From positions 1 to 64,000 of the forward strand of contig JBEIPA010000002.1 of the NCBI GenBank assembly GCA_040377305.1: 64,000 nt of DNA, given 5' to 3'. Under the pieces are notes generated by a model. That model was given only the letters and a program-made list of their open reading frames with translations, was not told the DNA's origin and made no database searches. Position 1 is the stretch's first letter. Every line of letters begins with the position of its first letter. Positions 50,642 through 60,343 of the stretch are shown here, in pieces. The DNA is from Flavobacteriales bacterium. Its GTDB lineage: Bacteria; Bacteroidota; Bacteroidia; Palsa-965. The position numbers were made by a program, and so were the translations under genes.

Positions 50642-51102
50642 TTTTTGACCGCTCTCCCAATTGAGGCACTAATTGTTAATACTAATCCAATTATGAGACA
50701 TAAGATACCATGAATACTATTGGCGTCCCAAAAATAAGGTGCTAGCCCGAATATTGCTCCCCCCAACCCAACACCCACGCCGAACAGAATTTCCATTGCC
50801 CTGTCAGCTTTCAACTTTTCACCCAAAACTGACGCCTTTTTATCGGCTTCATGAAAACTAGTCACATAGCTTTTTAAGTTTTCCTTTTCATTTTCAGCTT
50901 CCTCGAGCATCTCTAACAACATTTTCTGAGTGCCCGTTTGAGAAAGTTCCTCGTCGGTAAGTTGTCTGCGAACATTACTGAGTGCCTGTCTTCTACCAGA
51001 AGCAGGAGCACTAATTTGTTCAGCTGATGCAAGAGTTTCCTTGCCTGAACTAAGATCTGGTGAAATAGGAGGCTCTTCGGGATTAGTGTCGTTCTTGGAC
51101 AT
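50638..51102 (-). CDS. Coiled-coil protein with two C-terminal TM helices
   Basis: Heptad-like acidic segment, then two hydrophobic Gly-rich helices; ATGA overlap with the next gene. Confidence 0.75.
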   Translation of the reverse strand: MSKNDTNPEEPPISPDLSSGKETLASAEQISAPASGRRQALSNVRRQLTDEELSQTGTQKMLLEMLEEAENEKENLKSYVTSFHEADKKASVLGEKLKADRAMEILFGVGVGLGGAIFGLAPYFWDANSIHGILCLIIGLVLTISASIGRAVKK

Positions 51103-51289
51103 AGTTGACGATAATTCACACCTAAATGTAATAAAGGCATGGAACTATAAGTAAAGATAGAAATCTGACCTAAACAACCAATTCACTTACCGTCCACACT
51201 CAAAATCTTAACAGACCTTTCCTTCGAATTCTTTAACATTCTACTACTTGAATTCAGATAGCCAAGACAATTGTTCCTTTTGATGGAAT

Positions 51290-51492
51290 ATGTTCATCTC
51301 CGGCTTCTCCATCGTTCGCAATGCCATCAAATACGATTACCCGATCGAGGAAGCCATTCGTTCTATACTTCCGGTGTGCGATGAGCTTGTGATTGTTGCG
51401 CAGAAATCTTAAAGACAATGTGCGAAAGATTGTTCATTCCGCGGACCACGTAAAATGAGGAGCTAGTCTTGATTGAAGATGACTCATTGCGA
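51290..51492 (+). pseudogene. Degenerate copy of the 5' end of the glycosyltransferase at 52759
   Basis: MFISGFSIVRNAIKYDYPIEEAIRSILPVCDELVIVAQKS* (stop 51410-51412); similarity decays to about 51492. Confidence 0.9.
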
Positions 51493-51552
51493 GTCACAAT
51501 AAACCTTCGCTACGTTGGAAGATCGAAAGGTCTTTCCTTTTTTTGTTGTAAA

Positions 51553-52707
51553 TCATCGTTCACTCGGATTCTTAATATCATTCTCCTTCGCCGGATCTTT
51601 CACAAAAGGAAATACAAACTGTTTCGCAAATCCTTTTGGAAATTTCACATCACCTAAGCCAGTGCTTTCCGGCCATGTGTCTTTCATCGGATAATAGGTT
51701 CCGAAGATCATATCGATGAATGGAAAATGAATCGCGAAATTTTTGTCGTACGCTTTCGGATCAGCAGAGTGATGCCAGTGGTGATATTGAGGTGTCACAA
51801 AAACATACTTGAGAAATCCGAAGTTGATTCGTGTGTTTGAATGAGCAAGGACCGCCTGAATCGCTACGATCACAATGTATGTATTGAACACGGCCGGACT
51901 GAATCCGCAGATGTACAACGGAAGAAACGAAACAGCTCGCACCGCTATCATGTCGATAAAATGTGTTCGTGATCCGGCAAGCCAATCGAGGTCCTTTGTG
52001 GAATGGTGTACCGAATGAAATCTCCACAGGAAGGGAATTTTATGAAAGAAGAAATGTCCGGTCCACTGAAACAGATCAGAAACAAGCAGCGCCAGAAATA
52101 ATTGCGGCACAAACCAAATTCCTTGCACCCACGACTGAAATCCGCTCAAACCAACGCCGGAGAAAAGTGCAACAGCAGGTAATTGCACAACCACTCCTGT
52201 TACCTGAATCAACAGGTGACTGATCACGAAATACATCAGGTCTGTTCTCCACTCTGCATGGAACTTGGATTGATCGAGTCGCTTGGGCAAGAACAACTCA
52301 ATCGGAATAAAGATGAATGCAGAAATCAGAATGTCTAAAAGCAACCAGTCCAGTCCAAGTGTAAATGCTTTTGACTCCACACCATCGTGATCGGGTAGTC
52401 CAGAACCAAGCAGAATTGTTCCACCAATGATGAGCACTGCGATAAAACCCATTCTGGTTTTCTTACTCAGCATAAAACTAGTGATGGCGAAAAGGAAGGA
52501 CAGTGCAAGTACACCAAGCAAGCTCCATTTGATGAGATTAGGTTTGTACAGTTTGCGGAAATCTGCCGTAGTGAGGTACTCCGGAAAGTATGCGCACACC
52601 GTAATACCGAAGCACACAATTGCCAAAAATATTGCGAGGTAACCAGAGATTTTTCCTTCGCCGATTTTCAGGCGGGACGGTTTGTTTTCCTTATTAATAT
52701 GATCCAT
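51553..52707 (-). CDS. Sterol desaturase family protein with extra N-terminal TM region
   Basis: HFFFH, HSVHH, HSN, HHWHH boxes. Confidence 0.9.
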   Translation of the reverse strand: MDHINKENKPSRLKIGEGKISGYLAIFLAIVCFGITVCAYFPEYLTTADFRKLYKPNLIKWSLLGVLALSFLFAITSFMLSKKTRMGFIAVLIIGGTILLGSGLPDHDGVESKAFTLGLDWLLLDILISAFIFIPIELFLPKRLDQSKFHAEWRTDLMYFVISHLLIQVTGVVVQLPAVALFSGVGLSGFQSWVQGIWFVPQLFLALLVSDLFQWTGHFFFHKIPFLWRFHSVHHSTKDLDWLAGSRTHFIDMIAVRAVSFLPLYICGFSPAVFNTYIVIVAIQAVLAHSNTRINFGFLKYVFVTPQYHHWHHSADPKAYDKNFAIHFPFIDMIFGTYYPMKDTWPESTGLGDVKFPKGFAKQFVFPFVKDPAKENDIKNPSER

Positions 52708-52758
52708 CGACTCAAATATAACAGGTAAGTTGCCTTTTGAGTACTTTTATCCGGACCT

Positions 52759-53631
52759 ATGTTCATCTCCGGCTTCTCCATTGTCCGCAATGCCATCAAA
52801 TACGATTATCCGATCGTGGAAGCCATTCGTTCTATACTTCCGCTGTGCGATGAATTCGTGATTGCTGTTGGAAAATCGGACGACGATACATTGAAGATGA
52901 TCAAGAAACTGGACGAGCCGAAAATCAGAATCATTGAAACAGTGTGGGACGATTCATTGCGCGAAGGAGGAAAAGTACTCGCCGATGAAACCAACAAAGC
53001 CTACGATGCAATTTCTGAGAAAGCAGATTGGTGCTTTTACATCCAGGGCGATGAAGTGATTCACGAGAAATTTCTGCCGGCGATTAAAGCAGGAATGCAG
53101 CAGTGGAAAGACGACAAGAATGTGGAAGGTTTACTTTTCGATTACACGCACTTCTACGGTTCGTACGATTACGTGGGTGATTCCCGAAAATGGTATCGCA
53201 AAGAAATTCGCATTGTGCGCAAGAACAAAACCATTCGATCCTACAAAGACGCGCAGGGGTTTCGTCACAATGATAATTCCAAGCTGAAAGTAAAAGCAAT
53301 CGATGCGAGTGTGTATCACTACGGCTGGGTAAAACCACCGGAAGCGCAACAAGCGAAACAACAATCGTTTCACAAAATGTGGCACGATGATCAATGGATG
53401 AAACAAAATGTTCCGGCTGTTGAGAAATTCGATTATTCGCAGATTGATTCACTGGCGAAATTCACAGGCACGCACCCGCTCGTCATGCATGATCGGATTC
53501 AGAGAATGAACTGGAAGTTTGCATTTGATCCGACGAGAAAGAAGTGGGGAATGAAGATGCGTCTGCTTATGTTCGTTGAGAAAACGACTGGAGTGCGCAT
53601 CGGTGAGTACAAAAACTACGAACTATTGTAA
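52759..53631 (+). CDS. Glycosyltransferase family 2 protein
   Basis: SIVRNA, S.D.T, YIQGDE (DxD-like), VYHYGW. Confidence 0.85.
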   Translation: MFISGFSIVRNAIKYDYPIVEAIRSILPLCDEFVIAVGKSDDDTLKMIKKLDEPKIRIIETVWDDSLREGGKVLADETNKAYDAISEKADWCFYIQGDEVIHEKFLPAIKAGMQQWKDDKNVEGLLFDYTHFYGSYDYVGDSRKWYRKEIRIVRKNKTIRSYKDAQGFRHNDNSKLKVKAIDASVYHYGWVKPPEAQQAKQQSFHKMWHDDQWMKQNVPAVEKFDYSQIDSLAKFTGTHPLVMHDRIQRMNWKFAFDPTRKKWGMKMRLLMFVEKTTGVRIGEYKNYELL

Positions 53632-53633
53632 GT

Positions 53634-53794
53634 CTGCGACGCTTTACACGGAGGAACGGCGTAACAGCGAAACGGGGTTTTATAGTGTTTCCCACGAGAA
53701 ACGGAGGATCGCAAGGCGATTAGTACGCAGTGCCTCGTGGGCTTAAATTGTAGCTGTTCTCCGTTTCGTTGTGCCGCCGTGTAAAGCGCCGCAG
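53634..53794. repeat. Nested inverted-repeat element between convergent genes
   Basis: CTGCGACGCTTTACACGG / CCGTGTAAAGCGCCGCAG; inner CGAAACGG/CCGTTTCG and CCCACGAG/CTCGTGGG. Confidence 0.65.
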
Positions 53795-53802
53795 GCATCC
53801 AA

Positions 53803-54306
53803 CTATTTTTCGAGTTCCCGCAAGTAAGCGATCAAATCCGTTCTCGGCATCTTCCCCTCAAAACCAACCTGCCTGAACATCGTAATAAGTTGCCCACGAT
53901 GAAACGTGCTGTGATTCATCAGATGCATTGTAATGTTTCCAACAGATTCTTTGTACTCCGTTCCATCCATCGCTTTAAACGTGATGATTTCGCTCCAGTA
54001 AGATTCCGGCCTTCCATCAAAATGCTCTGCATATGTAATCGACGTATTCATCAACGCAGGAATTGCTTCTTCCGGTTTCATATTCTTGCTGGGCCAATCC
54101 GTTGGAGAAACTCCTTGCAATCGCGAAAGCCAGACATATTGCCCATCCGCAAGATGAAAAATAGTTTTGCGTATGCTATTAAAACTGCTGATGATTTCTT
54201 TGTCAAGAAGTTTCTCATCCTTGTCAATTAGAAAATCGGCAATGCCCTTGTTTGCCCACACGTTGTAGTTGACGTAACGCGAGAGATTTTCAGAATGTTC
54301 ACTCAT
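53803..54306 (-). CDS. DinB/YfiT family protein
   Basis: YNVWAN, SIRKTIFH, HLMNHSTFHRGQL. Confidence 0.9.
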   Translation of the reverse strand: MSEHSENLSRYVNYNVWANKGIADFLIDKDEKLLDKEIISSFNSIRKTIFHLADGQYVWLSRLQGVSPTDWPSKNMKPEEAIPALMNTSITYAEHFDGRPESYWSEIITFKAMDGTEYKESVGNITMHLMNHSTFHRGQLITMFRQVGFEGKMPRTDLIAYLRELEK

Positions 54307-54347
54307 AGCATTTGAGAATTATGAATTGCTAATTACGAATCAAACAT

Positions 54348-55070
54348 CTACTCCCATCCTGAAGCAAGCACATCAACCAAATGCATCACCTGCATGGGCT
54401 TGTTCTGCTTTTTCATATAACCTTCGAGATGAAGAAGACAAGACGAATCTGTCGACACCAAAAAGTCAGCACCCGTTTCTTCGGCATGCTTTAGTTTTTC
54501 CTCTGCCATACCCACTGCAATAGCTTCATGTTTTACGGCGAAACTACCACCGAAGCCACAACAAACATCGGAGTGACTCATCTCGCGAACTTCCAATCCC
54601 CGAACTTTGGAAAGCAGCAAGCGCGGCTCTCTGTGGATACCATACTCACGCAAACCGCCGCATGAATCGTGAAAGGTTGCAACACCATCGAGCTTAGCAC
54701 CGAGATCAGTAATCTTCAGAATATTCACGAGGAAATCAGAAAACTCAAAGATGTTCTTCTGCACCATACGACACTGATTGTGCAGAACAGAATTCTGAAA
54801 AACCTCTCCGTAGTAATTTCTCACAAATCCAGTACACGATGCTGATGGCGACACGATGTAACGATCAGCCTGAAATTCTTTAATGAACTTCTCTCCTACT
54901 TCCTTCGTGTGATCCCAATATCCCGCATTAAATGCAGGCTGACCACAGCACGTTTGATCAGGATTGTAGTTTACTCCACAACCAACGCGCTCCAATACCT
55001 TGACCATGTTCATCGCGGCGTTCGGATAAAATTGGTCTACAAAACAGGGTATAAATAAATCTACGATCAT
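54348..55070 (-). CDS. CCG-domain Fe-S oxidoreductase subunit (LutA/YkgE-like)
   Basis: LFIPCFVDQ, QTCCGQP, HDSC, VCCGFGG. Confidence 0.9.
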   Translation of the reverse strand: MIVDLFIPCFVDQFYPNAAMNMVKVLERVGCGVNYNPDQTCCGQPAFNAGYWDHTKEVGEKFIKEFQADRYIVSPSASCTGFVRNYYGEVFQNSVLHNQCRMVQKNIFEFSDFLVNILKITDLGAKLDGVATFHDSCGGLREYGIHREPRLLLSKVRGLEVREMSHSDVCCGFGGSFAVKHEAIAVGMAEEKLKHAEETGADFLVSTDSSCLLHLEGYMKKQNKPMQVMHLVDVLASGWE

Positions 55071-55077
55071 CGGACAA

Positions 55078-56397
55078 TTACTTCACAGTTTCAGTTTTCG
55101 GAACACGCAATAACAATAAGAATCCAAGAATAAAGAATCCAACCAACGCAAGTACCGATGTGCGGATGTCTGCAATTCCTTCAATCAATCCAAATGAGAA
55201 TGTTCCCAGAGCGAGACCGATTTTTTCACTCACATCGAAGAAGCTGAAGTAGGATGCGTGATCTTCCGTCTCCGGCAACATCTTTGAATAGGTAGAACGC
55301 GCCATCGCCTGAATTCCTCCCATAACTATTCCTACACAAGCCGCCGCAATGTAGAATTGCCATGGCAGATAAACGAAGAAGTAAACGCCGGCGCAAACGA
55401 AAATCCAGAATACAATTGCTATAGCCAACGTCTTCAGGTTTCCGATTTTCTTCGACACTTTCGAGAAAATAAATGCTCCTGCAATTCCCAAAAACTGAAT
55501 CAACAGAATGCTGATGATCAAATCCTGCGTCTTGATTCCACGCACTTCTTTGTTAGCGAAGGCAACTGCCATGATCATCACAGTTTGTACCGCCATGTTG
55601 AACATGAAATAGCTCGCAAGATAACGCCGAAGCTGCAAACGCGTTTTTATATCTGCCCAAACCTTCCCCAGTTCACGATAACCTTGTTTTACTATACTGC
55701 CCGAAACTTTCTTATCGTAGACATTATTGGGAAGTCGTCTGAAAGTAAACATCGCGAAAATGATCCACCACGCACCGACCATGGGAAATGCCCAATGAAT
55801 ATCCTCAATAATGTGTGTGAACTGAGTCAAAACAAGAATAACAATCAGAAGCAGTGCGCTTCCGAAGTAACCCATAGAAAAGCCACGTGCACTGATCCTG
55901 TCATGATCGGCGGGCTCTGCAATTTCCGGCAAGTATGCATTGTAGTAAACAAGACTTCCCCAATAACCTATGCTCGCAAAGAATAGCGGAATGATTGTTA
56001 TACCCAGATGAATTGGCTCGAATCCGTTCTCTGACTTTATTGGATTGAAAAAGAAGAGCAACATACTGGAAATTGCCCCGAGAAAGCAGAAGAACTGCAG
56101 GAAGCGTTTCTTATTGCCCGTTGCATCAGCAATTCCGGATAAGATGGGAGCCACAATTGCAACAACAACGTATGACAACGAAACGAGGTACGCGTAAAAT
56201 TCCGTGTTCTTGAAATGCATTCCGCAAAACGAAATCGTGTCATAGATCGTTTCACCGGATACAGTATCCTTAAAACTGGTTTTTGCTTCGTAAAGAATCG
56301 GAAATATCGCTGAAGAAATTACCAGCGGGTAAACCGAATTCGCCCAGTCGTAAAACGTCCAGGCACGAATAATTTTAGGATCGCCTTTTTGGATCAT
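55078..56397 (-). CDS. MFS transporter (UMF1/ATG22-like)
   Basis: AWTFYDWANS, YNAYLPEIA, ISARGFSMGY; ~12 TM. Confidence 0.9.
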   Translation of the reverse strand: MIQKGDPKIIRAWTFYDWANSVYPLVISSAIFPILYEAKTSFKDTVSGETIYDTISFCGMHFKNTEFYAYLVSLSYVVVAIVAPILSGIADATGNKKRFLQFFCFLGAISSMLLFFFNPIKSENGFEPIHLGITIIPLFFASIGYWGSLVYYNAYLPEIAEPADHDRISARGFSMGYFGSALLLIVILVLTQFTHIIEDIHWAFPMVGAWWIIFAMFTFRRLPNNVYDKKVSGSIVKQGYRELGKVWADIKTRLQLRRYLASYFMFNMAVQTVMIMAVAFANKEVRGIKTQDLIISILLIQFLGIAGAFIFSKVSKKIGNLKTLAIAIVFWIFVCAGVYFFVYLPWQFYIAAACVGIVMGGIQAMARSTYSKMLPETEDHASYFSFFDVSEKIGLALGTFSFGLIEGIADIRTSVLALVGFFILGFLLLLRVPKTETVK

Positions 56398-56490
56398 ACT
56401 TGTCAAAAGTAGAAAAAGGCATTGAGGCATTGGGGCAATACAGCATTGGGTTACTAACACTGTTCAAACACGACACCCCTGATTGCGGTA

Positions 56491-56611
56491 TTCCGTGGGA
56501 TAAACCCCACGGTTATCACTTGTCTTTTTTAGGAAGAAGTGCACGGGCGAAGCCCGTGGATATCCATTCTATGATTAGACAAGTGATAACCGTGGACTTC
56601 AGTCCACCGAA
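56491..56611. repeat. REP-doublet-like element, family B copy 2
   Basis: CCACGGTTATCACTTGTCT / AGACAAGTGATAACCGTGG; central CACGGGCGAAGCCCGTG. Confidence 0.75.
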
Positions 56612-56632
56612 CGAACACTGAAACGTTATTAC

Positions 56633-58039
56633 TCATTCCGTTTCCCCGTAAAACTCCTTATTGAAGTTAATCAGATGCACCTTTCCGGTCGTCCGGGTCA
56701 AAGCCGTATACAACCACCGGAAAAACTCTGTTCCGATCATTTCTTCGGTGATATATCCCTGCTCCACAAACACAGATTTCCATTGTCCACCTTGCGCTTT
56801 GTGACAGGTAACTGCGTAAGCGAACTTGACCTGCAACGCGTTAAAAAACGGATCTTCCTTCATCTTGCGATAGATTGCTCCTTTCGATCCGGCATCGGCG
56901 TAATCTTCCTGGACGCTCACGAACAATTGCTGCTGTTGCGCAGGAGATAATGCAGGAGTTTCAGAAGTGAGTGTATCCAGTACAATTCTCGCATCAAATT
57001 CGGCTTCGTCGGGATAATCCATCAAGCGAATCGTAACGTCTGCGAAACGTAAGCCATGTACGGAGTAATATTTTCTGATCGAAAGAATCTCCGCGGTATC
57101 TCCGTTCGCAATAAATCCGGCACGCGACTCTTTTGGCAACCAATAATAATTGTTCTTCACAATCATGATGTGATCGCCAATGGAAATTTCATCTTCCTGC
57201 CAACGGATGCGCGCCCGAATTTGCTGGTTGTAAAGATTCGCACGCTTGTTCGAACGACAAATAACAATCGTTTCATCCGCTCCGTGTTGGCGATAAGCAT
57301 CTTCGAGTGCATCAATGAGTTCCATTCCGCCGAGTCGAATGATATCCTCGTAACCATCTAACTCAAAGCCGGGAAACTGATTGGTCTCTTCTGCAATGGC
57401 GAGACGAAGTTTGGTCGCATTAAACAACACGCCGGAATCTACTTCTTGCCGCAATACTTCTTTCATCTCCACCATGCCAACCGGAACATGAAACAATTTC
57501 TTCACGTACGCAGGATCAAGCGCGGGAGAATAACTGATTCCCACCGGAGGAAGCTGGGCAGTATCGCCAACGAGCATGAGCTTGCAGTTTTCTCCTGTAT
57601 TGACAAAAGTGAATAAATCTTCAAGCAAACTTGGTCCGCCTTTATCAGGAGATGATTCGCCGATCATGGATGCTTCGTCTACAATGAACACAGTGTCGAT
57701 CGCAGAATTGTGTTTGAGACTTACGAAACCTTCTTCTCCCGTTGCTGCACGATAAATCATCCGGTGAATCGTAAACGCAGAACGACCGGAGTAAGTCGAA
57801 ATCACTTTTGCCGCGCGCCCGGTTGGAGCCAGCAAGGTGCTTTTCATTTTGAACGAAGGCAATGCGTTTACCAATGCGCTCAGCAATGTCGTTTTTCCTG
57901 TTCCGGCATATCCACGCAATATGAAAATCGTTCGCGGATCAGGATGCTGCAGAAAACGCACGATGTTGTGAATCGCTTCGGATTGTCCCGCGGTCGGTTG
58001 AAATTTCAGGTGACGCAATATGAGATCGGCGTGATTCAC
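56633..58039 (-). CDS. ATP-dependent RecD-like DNA helicase
   Basis: GYAGTGKTT, APTGRAA, VDEASM, GDTAQLPPV, YAVTCHKAQG, YTALTR; GTG start at 58039 is inferred. Confidence 0.9.
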   Translation of the reverse strand: MNHADLILRHLKFQPTAGQSEAIHNIVRFLQHPDPRTIFILRGYAGTGKTTLLSALVNALPSFKMKSTLLAPTGRAAKVISTYSGRSAFTIHRMIYRAATGEEGFVSLKHNSAIDTVFIVDEASMIGESSPDKGGPSLLEDLFTFVNTGENCKLMLVGDTAQLPPVGISYSPALDPAYVKKLFHVPVGMVEMKEVLRQEVDSGVLFNATKLRLAIAEETNQFPGFELDGYEDIIRLGGMELIDALEDAYRQHGADETIVICRSNKRANLYNQQIRARIRWQEDEISIGDHIMIVKNNYYWLPKESRAGFIANGDTAEILSIRKYYSVHGLRFADVTIRLMDYPDEAEFDARIVLDTLTSETPALSPAQQQQLFVSVQEDYADAGSKGAIYRKMKEDPFFNALQVKFAYAVTCHKAQGGQWKSVFVEQGYITEEMIGTEFFRWLYTALTRTTGKVHLINFNKEFYGETE

Positions 58040-58089
58040 GGTGCGAAGGTAATTTGCTATTGTGCCAATGTGTTGATGTGTCAATAACT

Positions 58090-58242
58090 ATTCGACCCCT
58101 TCAGGGTCGGGGTTGTGTCGGGGGATTTTTTCTAGGAATATGCGACTCCTACGGAGTCATTTTATGAGAACCGACCTCAGAGATGTCGCATATTCCTAGA
58201 AAAAATCCCTGCGTATTTACCCCGATCCTGAAGGGGTCGAAT
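58090..58242. repeat. REPIN/MITE-like element, family A copy 2
   Basis: ATTCGACCCCTTCAGG / CCTGAAGGGGTCGAAT; inner 25-bp IR GGGATTTTTTCTAGGAATATGCGAC. Confidence 0.8.
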
Positions 58243-58301
58243 GTCAACCATCAACAAATTGGCACATTTCCACATTGGCACATTGCGTACATTTGCGGGA
58301 G

Positions 58302-59174
58302 ATGACTGCCACGTCAAAGCTTCCAGGCTTACAACTTTCCTTCCGCGACTCGGCTTTCGATCCGAACGCGGCAGAACGCTATTGCCTTGTGCTGCAGGTC
58401 GACCGTGAACGCCTGACGCTTACCGTGCTGGACAATCTCACGAACGATTTTCTCGCTTTCGAATCCTGGTTTTTCAAGAAAGCTGTGACCGATTCACAGA
58501 TGGCTGATCAAATCGAACGATTGATTACCGATCACGAATGGCTGAGCAACGGATTCAAACGAGCAGATGCAATTGTGACCTCAGAAAAGTTCACATTCAT
58601 TCCTGCTGCATTATTCGACAGTGGTGCGGCGAGAGAATATCTTTCGTTCAATGCTCCTGTCGATTCGAAAGATGTTGTGAACAACGACGTTCTTCGTCAC
58701 GCTGATGCAAGAAACGTTTATGCATTCGACGGCAAGCTGGAAAAAGTGTTGCTCAAAATATCACCTGCAATTCGCATTCGTCATCACTTGAGTCCACTCA
58801 CGGAAAAAGTTTTGGCTTCTTCGAAAAACCAGAACGAGAAACGCGTCCACGCGCACATCCGTCAGGGACAGTTCGACGTAGTTGCTTCTGAAAACGGAAA
58901 GCTTCTCCTTGCGAATGTATACACCTATCAATCGCCGGAAGATTTCATTTACTTCCTCTTGTTTGCTGCAGAGCAACTGAAACTGAATCCTGAAAAATTC
59001 GAATTGGAAATCTCAGGTGAAGTAGAAGAAAAATCGGCCATCACCGCTATAGCAAACAAGTACATACGCCATGTGAAATTCGCAGAGCGCCAAAGTGGTC
59101 GTTACTCGGAAGGATTCAATCAGTTTCCGAAACATCACCACTACAATCTTTTCGCATTACACTTCTGGTCATGA
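58302..59174 (+). CDS. DUF3822 family protein
   Basis: FTFIPAALF, LLLANVY, EDFIYFLLFAAEQL; position between the RecD-like helicase and rsmD. Confidence 0.8.
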   Translation: MTATSKLPGLQLSFRDSAFDPNAAERYCLVLQVDRERLTLTVLDNLTNDFLAFESWFFKKAVTDSQMADQIERLITDHEWLSNGFKRADAIVTSEKFTFIPAALFDSGAAREYLSFNAPVDSKDVVNNDVLRHADARNVYAFDGKLEKVLLKISPAIRIRHHLSPLTEKVLASSKNQNEKRVHAHIRQGQFDVVASENGKLLLANVYTYQSPEDFIYFLLFAAEQLKLNPEKFELEISGEVEEKSAITAIANKYIRHVKFAERQSGRYSEGFNQFPKHHHYNLFALHFWS

Positions 59175-59737
59175 TGATTCGCATTATTGCCGGCTCTGAA
59201 AAGGGACGGAAAATTGCAGCTCCCAAAAATCTTCCGGTTCGTCCAACGACAGATTTCGCGAAAGAAGCTTTGTTCAATATTCTCCGCAACAAATTCGACT
59301 TCGAAAACATGACGGTTCTCGATCTATTCTGCGGAACCGGAAATATCAGTTACGAATTTGCATCACGCGGTTGTCCTGATATTACTTGTGTTGATATTGA
59401 CTCCGGTTGCATTCAGTTCGTGAAACAAACACAAAAGCAATTTGGGTTCGACGCCATCAAAGCTTCCAACTACGACGTGTTCAAGTTCGTGAAGAAGCAA
59501 ACCAAACAGTGGGATTTAGTTTTTGCCGATCCTCCGTTCACGCACAAACAAATCACAGAAATTCCCGGTGTCGTTTTCGAACACAATCTCGTAAAGCCCG
59601 GCGGATGGCTCATCGTTGAAACACCACCGCGCACGCATTTTCCTCCGGGATTACCGTTGCTCGAATTAAGAAGCTACGGCAAGGTCAACTTCGCCATCTT
59701 CGAACCTCAGGCACCATTTGAAGATTCGAAAATTTGA
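59171..59737 (+). CDS. rsmD: 16S rRNA (guanine966-N2)-methyltransferase
   Basis: RIIAG..KGR, RPTTDFAKEALFN, LDLFCGTG, FADPPF. Confidence 0.93.
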   Translation: MMIRIIAGSEKGRKIAAPKNLPVRPTTDFAKEALFNILRNKFDFENMTVLDLFCGTGNISYEFASRGCPDITCVDIDSGCIQFVKQTQKQFGFDAIKASNYDVFKFVKKQTKQWDLVFADPPFTHKQITEIPGVVFEHNLVKPGGWLIVETPPRTHFPPGLPLLELRSYGKVNFAIFEPQAPFEDSKI

Positions 59738-59850
59738 AGATTCGAAATCACATGGGTGCTTGCAGCTAGCAATAAACGAATTTTCAAATCTTCAAATTTT
59801 CGAATTCCCGGCGCTGTCTGAGGTGTGGTTTATTTTCGGAACTTTACAAT

Positions 59851-60315
59851 ATGACGAGAATCGCTGTATTCCCCGGTTCATTTGACCCTTTCACACGCGG
59901 ACACGAATCAATCGTCCGACGCGTGCTTCCGCTTTTCGACAAAGTAATTGTTGCCATTGGCGTAAACAGCCACAAGCAATATTATTTTTCGCTCGAGAAA
60001 AGAAAAGAAATGATCGCACATACTTTCAGGGACCTTTCCAACGTTGAAATAGATTCGTTCAGCGGGTTGACGATTGATTACTGTCACAACCAAGGCGCGA
60101 AATTCATTGTGCGTGGACTTCGTACGACTACCGATCTCGAGTTCGAAAAAGCCATTGCACAGATGAACAAAGTAATGGCCGACGATATAGAAACGCTGTT
60201 TATTTTGCCAACGCCAGAACTTTCCGCAATAAATTCAACAATTATCCGTGATATAGTACGTAATGGCGGAGATGCATCGCGTTTTGTTCCGGACGGAATT
60301 AATTTAAAAGTGTAA
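59851..60315 (+). CDS. coaD: Pantetheine-phosphate adenylyltransferase
   Basis: AVFPGSFDPFTRGH, IVRGLR, DLEFE. Confidence 0.97.
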   Translation: MTRIAVFPGSFDPFTRGHESIVRRVLPLFDKVIVAIGVNSHKQYYFSLEKRKEMIAHTFRDLSNVEIDSFSGLTIDYCHNQGAKFIVRGLRTTTDLEFEKAIAQMNKVMADDIETLFILPTPELSAINSTIIRDIVRNGGDASRFVPDGINLKV

Positions 60316-60343
60316 CGCGGCACGTCTTTTGGGTTATACACAC

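Noticed and set aside
55357-55986. 209-aa ORF antisense to the MFS gene (similarly 28436-28927 on icd)
   Set aside because: Antisense shadows of conserved genes with no recognisable features.
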